Positions 1 to 13,300 of a DNA stretch of 64,000 bases are shown here, in pieces. The position numbers and the translations under genes are program-made. The notes under the pieces are model-generated. The model was given only the letters and a program-made list of their open reading frames with translations. It did no database searches and was not told where the DNA came from. Numbering within the stretch: the first letter of the stretch is position 1; every line of letters starts with the position of its first letter. Location: the NCBI GenBank assembly GCA_040954595.2, contig CM082577.2, forward strand, positions 4,526,305-4,590,304, given 5' to 3'. The stretch comes from Balanoglossus misakiensis (taxonomy: Eukaryota; Animalia; Hemichordata).

Positions 1-730
1 AGACACAGGAAAAAAAAAACCTGCACATAAAAGCTAGAAGGGGAATAATTAATACACCTGGACATGTACACCAATAGGCTAATTGTGATTTTAGTGATAT
101 TCCAACGAGATGTCATTCTGAATTCATGTCACGAGCTGCTTACGCAGTGTCAGAAACGCAATTATGAAATCTGATGCACACTTTACCCCATTAGGAAGGA
201 GAGAAAGATGCACTTTCAATTAACACAGAAGACAGTGACAGGCAAAATCCTTGTGAATCTGTTTGTAGGCTTCCATATTTACATGTTTGCGGGGAATGCA
301 TATATACATGCATGCATGCACGGTATACACAAGTGATTTTATCAACGAGGTATGAATAAAGAGAAAATGGCAGTTACTGCCTCCTGGGGTTGAATTCCTT
401 GCAACAGAAATAAAAACCGCCCAGAATGAGGGCATTGATGGTTTAAATCGTTTTCCATTCAGTTTAAAGTGATTCACTTACAAAAGATTGGAGGATGTTC
501 ACTGCGAGTTTTGTTCGTGTGAAAACAACACGCAACGTATCAACATACTTGAGTTGTAATCCTAGTGGAATGCTTTCAAACACAATTATTCACGTCAAGG
601 AAATTGCAACAGAAAGGCATTTTTATGCAAGTAGAAGCTGCACGATGCAGTGGTTTAAGAGAATACGAGTGAAAGAGAGGTCGCGACCTCCGGTGAAACG
701 TGCTTGTCGCGGAGGTTAAAGGTCACTCAC

Positions 731-739
731 CTCATAATC
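731..739 (-). CDS. Candidate 9-nt microexon (DYE) of the RUN-PDZ-PTB gene
   Basis: Minus strand reads ttctctcttttcgctct...ctttcctcaccaattag|GATTATGAG|gtgagt. Consensus donor, about 115 nt free of AG upstream, phase 0-0 matching the preceding exon. Confidence 0.5.
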
Positions 740-1374
740 CTAATTGGTGAGGAAAGTCCATTTACAGAGCGAAAAGAGAGAATTATAAAAAGCCAGCGAG
801 TGAGTGAAATAACAGACGGCATTGACAGAATTTAAAATAGAAAAGTACATGTCATCTGTGAATGTTTTATCAGAAAGGCCATTGATGGCTGTCAGAGATT
901 GAGTTAGGAAAATATGCAGCTATTTTTGTGAATTAGAGTTGAAAGGGTGAGTGCTGAAAATGAAGTACAATTGAATTCCTTCAACATCATGCAGTCAATT
1001 TCAAAATAGATTTTCTTTGTGTTTTGGTGATAAAAATACACACATTCTCAGATGGTGCAAAATGCAAGGTGGATTTTGTAAGATTTACCCTAAACATGTT
1101 GATCAATTTTAGGGGGATTCCATGGCCTCAATGGTGAATACTGACTTCAACTCTGCCGTCGCAAGAGTCGCAGTGAACCAGCTTTTAATACAAGTTAATG
1201 CTATAATTGTGTACGCCAATATGTTATGAACTGCTAAGTGGACAGGCAGACCTGTGTACGGCACACTTAAGGAAAACACACAGTCAGGCGTCCTGTCGGC
1301 TTGTACAGAGGCAAAGTGGATCAACGGGGAGTACATTAACAATTAGATGCCTAGAGTTTCTTATTTTTTTTTAC

Positions 1375-4300
1375 CTGAGGATTTTTCTCATGCTTCTTGA
1401 TTACTGACATTATGGCTCCTTCGATTTGGTTCACTCCGCCGTCCTGAAATTGCAAGAAGTTCTGATCAAATATTAACATCGGCGGTGGGGGGGGAACCTT
1501 TTTTCTCTTTTCTTCGCAAAGAATATTTGAACAATCGAGAATGCCCCACACCACCTGCCGCGCTCAGACATACATGTATTTACGGCTGAACAAACCGACT
1601 TGGAAAATGATTGTCGTGCAATATGCCGTGATGCCGTCGTCTGGCACTTGTTGTGAGCGCTGGCATGCGGATGACATGAAACGAAATTGGAATTATAACG
1701 AAGTAAATCCACTCTAATCGTTGATAACCGAATGGCCTGTTTTTCCCTCTTGTCTACAATGCAGTCTTGTTCGCGACATGAAGTGGTACTGACATGGAAT
1801 CATTAAATGTGAATAAGTGTTTTTCTGTGCAGCTTGCATTCTCATGAAGCATGCATAAGGAGGATTGTATATGCAGCAAAATACTGTAAACCTAGGAAAT
1901 TTTTTGCAACAATTACTTTTCGCACTATTTTATTTGTTACATTTCATTGATCTAAATCACACATTGTTCTTAAAAATTTTCACGACCATTAATTTTTTGT
2001 GTTTATACTAGCCCATGCAAATTTCATGAAAAAAATTGTTCACGAAAATTTGCCGTACAGTACACTTTATGTAAACTGGTTCAGGGGAACCTTCAATATT
2101 CCCTGTGTTACTTTCGTATGCACCATAAAATTTCTCATGGAAGCCAGCTGCATCCAAAGAACCTGGCTTGACACTAATGTAAAACCTATTTTTGCAACTT
2201 AAGAATCTCCAAAATGATTCATTATATATAGTATATAATTATGTCATTACAAGCTTAGTGTAGTCACATATGAACCCCAGGAACCGATATCAACAAGGTG
2301 CCCCAAGGAAATTGTACAAAATAAGACTATTTTGCATTTTTCATTGTACGTCCTCATTCTATTATTTTCGGTGGAAAAATTCACAAAAACATCAAAATGA
2401 TATCTAGATGAAGTAAGGTGTCATGGCGATGCAAGTCACCGGAAAAAATCCCACTTCGCGCAATATCCAATTACATAAACTGTTAAGTGGAGCGTGATTA
2501 AAACGTGCGACAGCTATAGCTTCAGTGGAGGCGAGTACGCAAAGGTCACGACCCTGCACATGCTATGCGCGCCCGGCGGGACACCTGACCTAATTTCAGA
2601 CTCGTGTGCGCATTTTGACGGCGCGTTTGTTTTTCGCTTTTCATTACGTACTTCACACTCGGCCGACAACTTGATCATGCAGCTCCAGATAATCCATTTG
2701 GTGGGAGCACTTTGAAGGAAATTGACAATTTGCAGAAATTCACTGGCACTGAAATACCGGTATACGGCACTGATTCAATGTTTGTTTTGTCAATCCGAAT
2801 GTCAACGACAATGTAAAGCGAGCTAATAGCATAAACTGACACCAAAAATGTATTTCAACGCAAATCTATCTTTTGTTTGCGTTTGCAATTTGTGACGTCC
2901 CTTCATAGTGCAATAACAGCAACACATTAACACAATCTTTAAATTGAATACAAATGGGCACTAACTGATGTTTCTACACATTACCAAACTCATCATCTCC
3001 AACAATGGTTTGCCCTGATTTCGTTTGGTATCAAACATTAGACATTGATTGATGCAAAATGGGTGACGACGAAAGCTATATATCTTCATTTTACAATTAT
3101 GCTGACATGGCTGAATTGATCTGAGGGAATGGCAGCAGAAGATATCAAAAAGCAGCAGATATCCTCTATTTCACAGATAGTTATAAAAACGAAAGAGAAT
3201 GCTAAAGGATTTAATCATCTCAAATCGCTCCAATTGTAAAAAAAAGCAATTTCCACACACCTGACCAACTGGTACTTTATCAATGTATCTGACTCGATAT
3301 CCAGCACTGAAAAAGAAAAGAGACAAATAAAGAAATCCACAGGTACATTTCTATAGAAATCATAATTGTCATCAATTTCCTGAGACAAGAAATGGAGAGA
3401 GACAGTCGCACATTACGTACTGCTCACAGTTCAGTTGCCTGCTTTCAGCAATTTGCAAGCGTTTCATGTTTCGACGGCTTGGACGAGTCGCGCGAGTTCA
3501 TGCGTGTATTTCTGTAAAGTACGAACACCCGGTATTTTGCCGAAACACTATCCATGCAGCTGAACTCTACTCAACAAACATGGAACTATCACGTGCACAA
3601 ACCATTTTTTTTCTTAAATTGAAAGCTGTAACATAAAAGTTTAATGTGTTAGCATACATGATGTCTAAATCTACTGATTCATAAATATATGATCGCCTTA
3701 TAGTGCAACCATTGCATACTCCAAGGGACTCAACTCTTCCCATGCACATATCTACGATTACATCACCGGAGGCACTGCATATACTGTTGCCTTGGAAACA
3801 GTGTGCACTCAAGCTTGGAAAGTAACCCGAGCACTAAGTTTTCTATTTCTAAAAGGCTTTGTGTACAGAGAGAAATGAAGGAGGTATTTGACATTCTACT
3901 TGCATCGGGAGGGTGATCAGTAAACTCCCTGCGCAGCGATACTGCCTGTACGTTCCTTTATTAACTTTATTGGAGATAGTTATTTTAATCTCTGCCGACC
4001 AAAAGGCAGGAAATGTAATCTCTATGAAGAGAAGATAAAGCCAGACTCATGTGAAATTCCGATCGTTGTCGGTTCATTTGCACATGCTCGTTCGTTCTGC
4101 ATTGCTGCTAGGAGAGAGAGAGAGAAGAAAACTTGACCAGCTTTGGCCGGTTGTAAACGCGATAACGGTTGTAAGGAAGTTGATTAGCACCGTGCAAGAA
4201 TTCACAGCAAATGCACATTACAGAATCAGTCAAGCGTCCTGACACATTGCCGTGGCGATGGATATGCTGGTTATATGCACCATCAGGCTTCCATTATTTC

Positions 4301-7300
4301 AGCTTTAATAATCGGTAATACGAGCTGGGATGGCCGCTCTTATACCTCAGGGGGCGGTTTGACGAAGCGGTACTTCATTACCGCAGCCTAGCCCAACAGT
4401 CACATCGCCAGGCATTGCACATGCACGCATTGAGTCACCAATTTGCCTTACCTCCCTTCCGGGCTCGATATGGGAACCTCATCCAGCTCATCTCGCGGCA
4501 GCTGCGCATGAGGAGGAATCCGAGGTTTCGGATCTCGTTCCTGCGGCTCCTTGAAATCTTTAAACTCCTTCCGCAGGATTCCCAGTCGGCCGTACAGCGG
4601 CGAGAAGATCTTCCCATTTTTCAGATGGCACTGTTTTAATAAAATCAGAAACAATGCATCATTTTTGCATCTGATTTCGCACTTCCAGCTGTTTGCTATT
4701 TTTCACATGCTGACAAAACTGAGGCGATAAGACTTGGATCACATTTTCCAATATTACAATATTAGTCTTAAGATGATAGCGACACACACTATGCGCATTA
4801 GCTATCAGTCACGTACACTGTAAAAGGAATAAACTATACATTTTCAAGAGGAAACTCATTAATTATTTTTAGAAAGGAGTTTACAGGAGGCTCAGTTGAA
4901 AATTTAAGATGATTTTACGATGGTATACCCTGTATGCAGTCTTCCTTTACTCAACAGTGCCGCGCATATATATAAAACTCGTATTCAGGTGTGCATCCAA
5001 ACTTGTCCACATTTCCAAACTGTGAATAGAAGCATTGTTGAAAGATCAAGGCACCAGCGCACAGGTTGATCCAGTATCAAGCAGACAAATCAAATATTTG
5101 AAAGATATCAAACATCGCAACTGTGTCTATTTGAAATCCAGCTTCTCTAAGACCCTGAATGGGGGAATAACCATCTCTTTATTCCAAAAAGCGTATAAAC
5201 GGCATCTGTCTTGTCAGAATATGCCTCCCCACAGCCTGGCAGAAGGAAACTCGATTCAACCATTGTAAAGACCGCTGTTCTGGATTTCTATTAAGTGCAT
5301 TACGGTCTCAGGGTTAGCGGCAGGATATTATATTCCAGCCGACGATATGTAGCAAGGGTAATTTATAAGTGATTTGGAAAGTAATTACGGTAATCAAATT
5401 CTTTAATTTCATGGCGTGATTCACAGAATTACATCGCCTGCGCTCTCGCTGCACATCTTTTTCTCAAAGATTTGACTTCAATATTTCATTTAAACCTTGT
5501 CCAGGTTTCTGGGTATGTGGCCGCGATGACATTTAATGAGAGCGGTTGATTTCACACGCGGCGCTGCGAGCACACGGTCGGCGCACTCTGTGATTAGCAC
5601 CGTATCCACGGAAACTATTCGGTTTCATAGCTACAGGACAGAGACCGGGTGCGGCTCGTTACGTATTCTCCTCAGCACTGCCACAGCTCCCCACGTCAGT
5701 TTCCGACGTCCATCTCCATGTCGAAACTGGCCTACTTACAACTGTTTTGCGCCCAATTTAATTATCTCTGAGGCTTGCTCTGACACGTGGCTCCTCCGCA
5801 GTGTTTACTCAGGTGTGGCCTTGTGATTTGTAAATACTTCGCGATTTCTAGATTGCGGAAAATGCGATTTTAATAAAATCAAAATGGCAGTGAAATGAAA
5901 CCTGGTTGGAATTCACACCAGCCTCATGACATAGTCTCTGAAAAAATTTAATTTTAAGTGAAAATGTCAACTTTCCACACACACAGTGACAGACACACCG
6001 ACAGACAGACAGACATAGACAATAGAATCTAACTGATCCCATAAGCTCTCCCATGCCACATGGGAGCTAATAAAATACACATTATGATTCCGATGTCAAT
6101 TATTTCTTATTTTGAACATTTTGCACGAGATATTTTGTGCTGTAATTAATAGTAAACTTGTTTTTAAATGTTTCCATGCAGTTTGTTTGGACAAACAAAC
6201 CAACGTGATATCTTCTGAGAAAAGTTTGAGTAGAACAGTTTTGTAATAAGAAGTCAAACCCTTCCAAGTATTGAGAGAGCTCTTTTCTACGCTCAGAACT
6301 GAGGAAATATAATGTCCCTGCTAGTACCGCACGCCACATGTGATCTACGTCTTTGTGCGTGAGCAATGACCAGGTTTATGGTATATCGTATTGCAGAATT
6401 AGGGAAAGTGTTCATTTCCCAGCTGGACTTCTCACGGGCAATTTTAGATACGAGTACAAAGCAATATCATATAATTTGATCCCAATTATAGGCATCATAC
6501 CAGCAACTCTACGATGCGTATCCTTGTAGGACACATAATACGTTGTGGCCACTTATATCCCGCGATGCACAAAAATCAAAACCAATTTGCCTTATCACGC
6601 ATTCACGAGTTTTGCTGAAATTACAGTCCTGCGAGATACTCCCGTGTCACCATATGGCAAACTTGCCACAACATCAGAGCAGTAGGGATGTACAATTTCT
6701 TTTAATTGTGGATTTTTGCACTGTATCTTGTAAGTATAACAAATATCTGTAATAAAATATAGGGGGCACAATCCTTGCTTTTGAAATACGAGGCCACAAT
6801 TTTGGTCACTAATGAAAAACACTGCTGAGTCAGCGTTTTTTGATCAATGGTTTGTCTATGCCAGGGGAACACATAACATGTAATTTGGCTGAGCTACATG
6901 TTAAAATGACAAAGCTAGAAGCGGATTTTCTAGCAATTCTCAATGTAATCCTATGGGACGAGACAAATTCGACACTCGTCATGTGCACGTACATCCTTAA
7001 AAGAATAACGGAGATGGACCTTGCCGGGCTAGGATATAAATCATTATTTTTGGACAAAGCAGAAACCTCATTGACAGCAATAACATAATTAATCAGCTCT
7101 TTTATCCAGCTGTTCATTTAACAAGAAAAAAACACCTGTTTGGTTCCCCTAGCTCAGTGGAAATAAACAAGGCACCTTTCACTTACGATGCATGTCACAT
7201 ACGCACAGAGGAAAGATACAATTTTTCACCATTTTCGCAAGCATAATATTTTATAGTCGTGATGGCACGCCACTTTATATTTTTATTACAGTCAACTCCA

Positions 7301-10300
7301 GGAGTGAATATAACATTCATATGACATTAAGAGGCACAACACGATTAAAAGCCGAAACGACATGAGATTTGATTCGGATAAGCAAACAAGATGCTTCAAT
7401 AAGTTCTGTTTTCATTTCCACATCCATGACCGGGAGACAATGCGACTTCATTAGAAGGATCGAGGAAGATGACACGACTGACTGATCAGCAATGCCGCAT
7501 TTTCAAGGGCGACTTTTCTGTTCCAGAGAGACATTCGAGACAGTCATAATTTCATTTCAATGATTGCGACTGACCTTCTCATTTTTTGTATGGCAACTGA
7601 TATCTGAAAAAACTTCTCTTTGACACCTGGTCGCTCAATCTGCGTCTGCAACCACGACTTTAATATTTGGTTGATATACTTGTATGTCTTTTCAAAAGCA
7701 TGTGCATAAACATTATGGAATCTTACCCTTTGACAGGAATTTCAAATGAGATATCAATGTTTAGAAATCAATATCACAATTTGACTGTGCATCTGCCCTC
7801 CAAATTTTAAATCAACAAACACGTGCAATTTTCGAGAGAGCGATAAAAAAATCATCATCCCAAAACGAAAACACACCGAGAGGATTTTTGGCGTAGTAGA
7901 GAATGCAAGATGTGTATCAAACACAATGTGACACATTCTGTTGAACAAACACTGGTCCAGTGAACAGCTCAATTTGACTAATGGCCAGGCTCCTGATTAA
8001 GGAACGACGAATCAGTGCGGCATGAAATCTTTACAGAAAATAAGTTTATAGGTCAACTGACGTGCGATGATTAGAGCAAAGCGGCTCTGCTGAGTAGCTA
8101 CATTCTTCAGGTGTTACATCTACAAGTGAACTTGATGATTATTTTGGAAAACATTAACTGTATCAGCAAGCATTCACTGTCTAAAAAAATGTATGTATGT
8201 ATGGAGTACCGGTACACTGTGTAGATAACATAAATTTACTCTGTTATATATTATTATTTTCAAAATAACCACAATGATCTTTCATGAACACAAAAATTCA
8301 CCTAGACAGCTGAATAAATACAAAGACAAACGGAATATGAACCCAGGACCAATATGTAAAGTCTTACCTAATACACTTAGGAAAACAAGTCACATTTATG
8401 CTATCACAGTTTTAATGATAGATGTGTGTGTCACAACCCTTTTGCCTGTCCCATTTCTCATTCATTAATAAGATATAACCGTTCATACTTGAAATCCCCC
8501 GAGCTTGACAATGCATCATTACAGACAACTCACTGGGCTGTGAATACTGGCCAAATTGCGTTAGGATTTTTCCATATCTGGAAAATCTGATGCCCGCAAA
8601 TTGAGTGTAATAAAATACAATTTGAAAACGCGCACGTCGGAGTTGTGCGCTGAAGTGGGGATAGCTTTCAATTAAACTTAACCAGCGGCTTTCGGTGTGT
8701 TATGCAGAATCAAAGTCCCAGTGTAATAATAATTCACGGTGTATCTCACAGCAACTTTCTCCTGATCGTTAAAGAGAACCTCTCCTCTCAGCAAATTATT
8801 GTGTCCTTCCATTCTGAACGTTATAGGTCGAGTTCTGCAAACAGTTTCCCTGATCTGGCTTCTAATGCTTTGATACGGCCGGCCGCGTCAGGGCTTTCAT
8901 CTCAATTGGAATTTCAGCGACACGCCCCGAAGACAGCCAGTATTAGGTCCTTGAATCCGAGAAAGTAATAACTTTGACACACCAGTCCATCAACGCAAAT
9001 CACCACGGCACTCTGTGTTTTCTTCGAAATTGCGTTCTAACAAGGAATTCATGGTGTGTCAGGGCCTCGCAAGAAAAAACCCACGGCATTCTTGTTCACG
9101 ATGCAGGAATTACGGATGATTAATTCACAAAGCAGCTTCAATTTTTTGTAGACTTGGATGTTGGAGAATGAGTGATTGTGTCGCAGCAAAATCATCACTC
9201 TAACATGCAAGTGTAAATGAGTTATAAAAAAGGGTATTACTGGATGGTTTTGATAAGCTGAACTCACAAGCTTATAAACATTCTATTGCAAAGATAGATA
9301 TAATCTGCATAAAGCTTTTCACTTTGAAGTGATTGTTGAGGTCGAGCATACAATTTCTCAAGTGAATTTCTCCAGCTAAGGACTAGCAATATAGATTTGA
9401 TTTTGTAATCATCATTCGACAGTAATAATAATTAGGTCACCCCTTTGTGAAGTAGAGCAGCTTATTTTTCTGCCACAGGAAATTAATGGACCTATCCACA
9501 CATTAACATATGTAGCTGTAGTTTACATTATTGGCAATAAGATATTTTTCAGAACATGTAGTCACGGTCACTCCACACGCTGTTGTGTAGACGAGCACTC
9601 CCTAAGATGGTGAACAAATGATAAATGGCACTACTCAGGATAGTAACAAAAATACTAAAGCGCAGGGTTATCCAAGAAGTTGGGATGAAAAGAAATGATT
9701 GGCGGCCATTTTGAATTTCAAGACAATTTGACACACTTTTAATGTCTCTTTAAAAATTGTGCATGGTGACCCCCAATTTTTATTCTCAATTTTAAGAGAG
9801 AATATCCTAAAGTTGCCTTGAGCAAATTATGAGAAAAAGTTTTAAGACTGATTTTTAAGGTGCATTCTACCTTAACAACAAACATTTATATATTTGATGA
9901 CAGTATCAGGTTAAATTATCCATGGAAGTATTGGGAAGTGGATTTCGATCATGCATTATCCATGTTTCATGGGAAATTCATGATGCTGGAATTAAAAGCT
10001 CAGACGAGCTGTCAATAGCCTTTCTGTTTGATGTTTGCCATATGTTGTTATCTTCTCATTTCAGAATGCTGCCCCTCTGCAAAGTGCAGTTCATGGAAGG
10101 GCACAGACCCGAATGACAGACAAAAACGTGTTTGGTGAAAAAAAATTGCAAAGAGTTGCACTGGTCAAATCTTCGGGGTACATTCTCAGTAACCAAAATT
10201 GTAGATCTTTCCATGAGTTTTTTCCAGTGATCTATTGAGTTCTTGATGTCGAAAATATTGAATGTGAATTTTTTTTACATGATAATCACCACCTTGTACT

Positions 10301-13300
10301 ATAATCGGTAAATCAAGCTTCCAGGAATTTCTGGGATTAAATGTCAATTTTTTTTGATACTCAAGGACCTCCCACGAGCGGTTTCCACAAACCTTGTATG
10401 AAACCCATTTTTCGCTTACCCGACTCTCTCTAACAGAGAGCACATCTCAAAGGAAAACAAGATAACAGAGACGGCAATAAAAACAAAATCTAATGGTTAT
10501 CTGGTGAATCACTCTCATCAAAATGTCCAGATACGAATTGCGGTCATAATTTACTGAGTAGTTACCATGGCAGCAGTGAGCCTTTAAAATAACCACTGGG
10601 TACACTTGACATCTTTCATCCCAAGCGTTTGGCATATCAACATAGAAAGTTTTAAAAAAGACATCAATGATATATAGGTCTTTGTCATAAATACTTCATT
10701 TGGCAGAGAAATAACTGTGATTAAAAAGAAGTTGCCACAAACCTATCACAGAACCTTAATATGGACAAAGGTATACCTGTATCAAACATTAGGGAATGCT
10801 TATCTACAAGAATAGAATATAGAATGATTATCCATACCCTCAAACATGGAGCTATCAATACATGTTTGGCATTTCAGAAGTAACACAGTCATTCTTAATA
10901 CGTTTGCAAGATAAAAAAAGAATTCGCTTTCCACACTTTCAACTTTGGTGGCAACTAACAAGTTTTGGAAATCGTTACCTCTCTTATAAGTCTGATATAA
11001 ATATTGTTGAAATACTGTGCTTTTGACAAATTACAGTTACTATCTCCAGATGTTGTTGACTGACAGGATATTGCGTTCTACAGGTGATCCCCGCTATTAT
11101 TCATGATGAGCACAAAGCCCTTGTCTCAACAGAATACGTAGGGGAGAATATATATTGAGCCAATCAAAGAACTCCTGGGTGGACAGTAAAAAACTCTCGA
11201 GCAACGATTCCCAGTGTGCTCTGTTTTCAAACAGAGTTGTGAAAGCTTGATTTAAAAGCTGCAGATTACTTTCCCCGCCATAGAAAGCTAATTTGCTGGC
11301 TTACCTTGATGACGGAGACATAGATCGGCCATCCTTCATGTTGACAAAGCAGCTGTGAGATCTGTGAAAATTAATTGTAACAACACTTTAGTTTACTAAA
11401 ACTCGGTGCGAATTTATTGCTCCAATCAGATCCTTCTGACAGGAATTGCTATTTGCCGATAATATGGCTCCCCGGTGACCGGGCATGGTTTCCCCATTAG
11501 CCCCGGAGACGGCCGACGTATCACTTGCCGGGCTCTTGCAAAGACGACGACCCTGTCTGTGGTTTTAATACTACAACTTTGGAGGTTTAAACTGCCTGGC
11601 TGATCATGTCTCTGTCTGTTTCCTGATCATCCGGTGATATATGTCATACCTCGAGTTGACTCAACTTTCTGTCGCAGGGTACTAATTCAGAGGAATGTGA
11701 CAGGCACCGATATCTCAGCAAATATCAAAGGGTTACGGCAAGAAATTGGAAGAACGACTGTCACCGTGTGTGCATAATGAACGTGTCGCGTTCTCTCGCA
11801 CAGCTTAAACTTGCACACAGTTGTGCTCAAGGAAGACCCTGATTTGCATATTTTTGGAGAATTTCCTTGAACGTAATGTGATTTCTAGTCACTGACAACT
11901 GAAGCACATTTAATACATAACAACGCACAGTATGTAGCTGTGTACTTTTCTATGTCAAACATAGGGTTCTACAAATTGCCACTTTTCTGGCTTTCAATGT
12001 AACAACGACAGTTTCCAGGCGTCGCTCTCTTCCCTCCTGACACACATACATGTATCAATCTACATATTTATGAGATATCTACATATTTATGAGAACTGTT
12101 ACATTTATCCATAATTCATGCGATTGGATATACACTTCAGCGTGCCGTCGAATGCACTTGCGATAAAAGAAAACAGATTTCTTCGATCAGCTTCGCTCAC
12201 GAAGTTGGGAAACAAAGTTAGAGCCACTAAAACTCAATCACTGTCACTGTTTGTCATGGTAATGGCACTCTTTGCGCGCTGTCAGCGCCTAAGAAGTTCG
12301 GACAAAGGCACAGCTGAAGTGCGGCGTAATTTCATTACTGGGAGAGACGCTCGGCTGGATGAGTAACGTTTCTTGACGTGAAAGGAAGAGCGGATCAAGC
12401 GGGTGTACAGGTACAGGTCTCGCTGATTAACAGTCTAGTCACAGCCCTCGCATGAACTCGGTCAGGCAGCCAAGTAGCGTGCAATGGCCGAGCTGCACAT
12501 TACACTGACAGATGAAACGAAAAAAAAAAAAAAAAACGGGACTATCTGTGTACATGTAAATTAGTCCGCCTTGATCATTTCAAAAAAGTCTTCGCTGAGA
12601 CTCCTAATTACCAGCCATTAATTAACGGCATGCGGGCCAAGAATACCGGAGTGTTAATCTGGCATTCAGTATTAAAGGATCTGGCATCAGCTTGCTCGCC
12701 GCATCACTCTCTTCGATTGATTTCGTACCACTAAGACACAAACACACGCTCTCTCTCTTAAAAAGTAAATCACCCTATTTTGACAATTTTCAGGCGTGTC
12801 ATTTGCATGGCTGATTTGACTCGTAAAGCACGTCTCAGACTCTTTCTCTGAGACGCTCCAAAGCGCCGCTGTTCTTCCCTCGCCCTGATGGCTGCAGATT
12901 CAAAACGACATCCGTTTATCTCCTTTTTTTTATTCCGAGTTGTAATTCCAAAACAATACATCACTTAGACTGATTAGCAAAAAAACCAGGTGAGATTTGA
13001 GAGCTTTATACGTGTTAAGTTATGACCTGTGTAGAAAAGACCCTTCTCAAGTCTAATTTAACTTGCTTTGAGCAACATCGAAAGCTGATTTATCCCAGGG
13101 ATGAAGGTAATTCCGATCAAACCACGTTCCGTGCCAATTCTAACATTTTTCCCCCCTTTAATCTCGACGCCCATCATAAAAAAAAAGTCTGCACAGCTGA
13201 CAGGATTTATTTCATTTGATCAGAGTCTTAGGGCTGAGACTGCCGCCTTGGGATGTCAATCCGTTTTAACAACTGCAAGTTTTCATGAAATTAAGTTTTT

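Noticed and set aside
144-500. Other minus-strand AG...GTAAG pairs (about 144-170 and 482-501) as extra exons of the RUN gene
   Set aside because: Weak pyrimidine tracts and in-frame stops in phase 0; the second is also frame-breaking.
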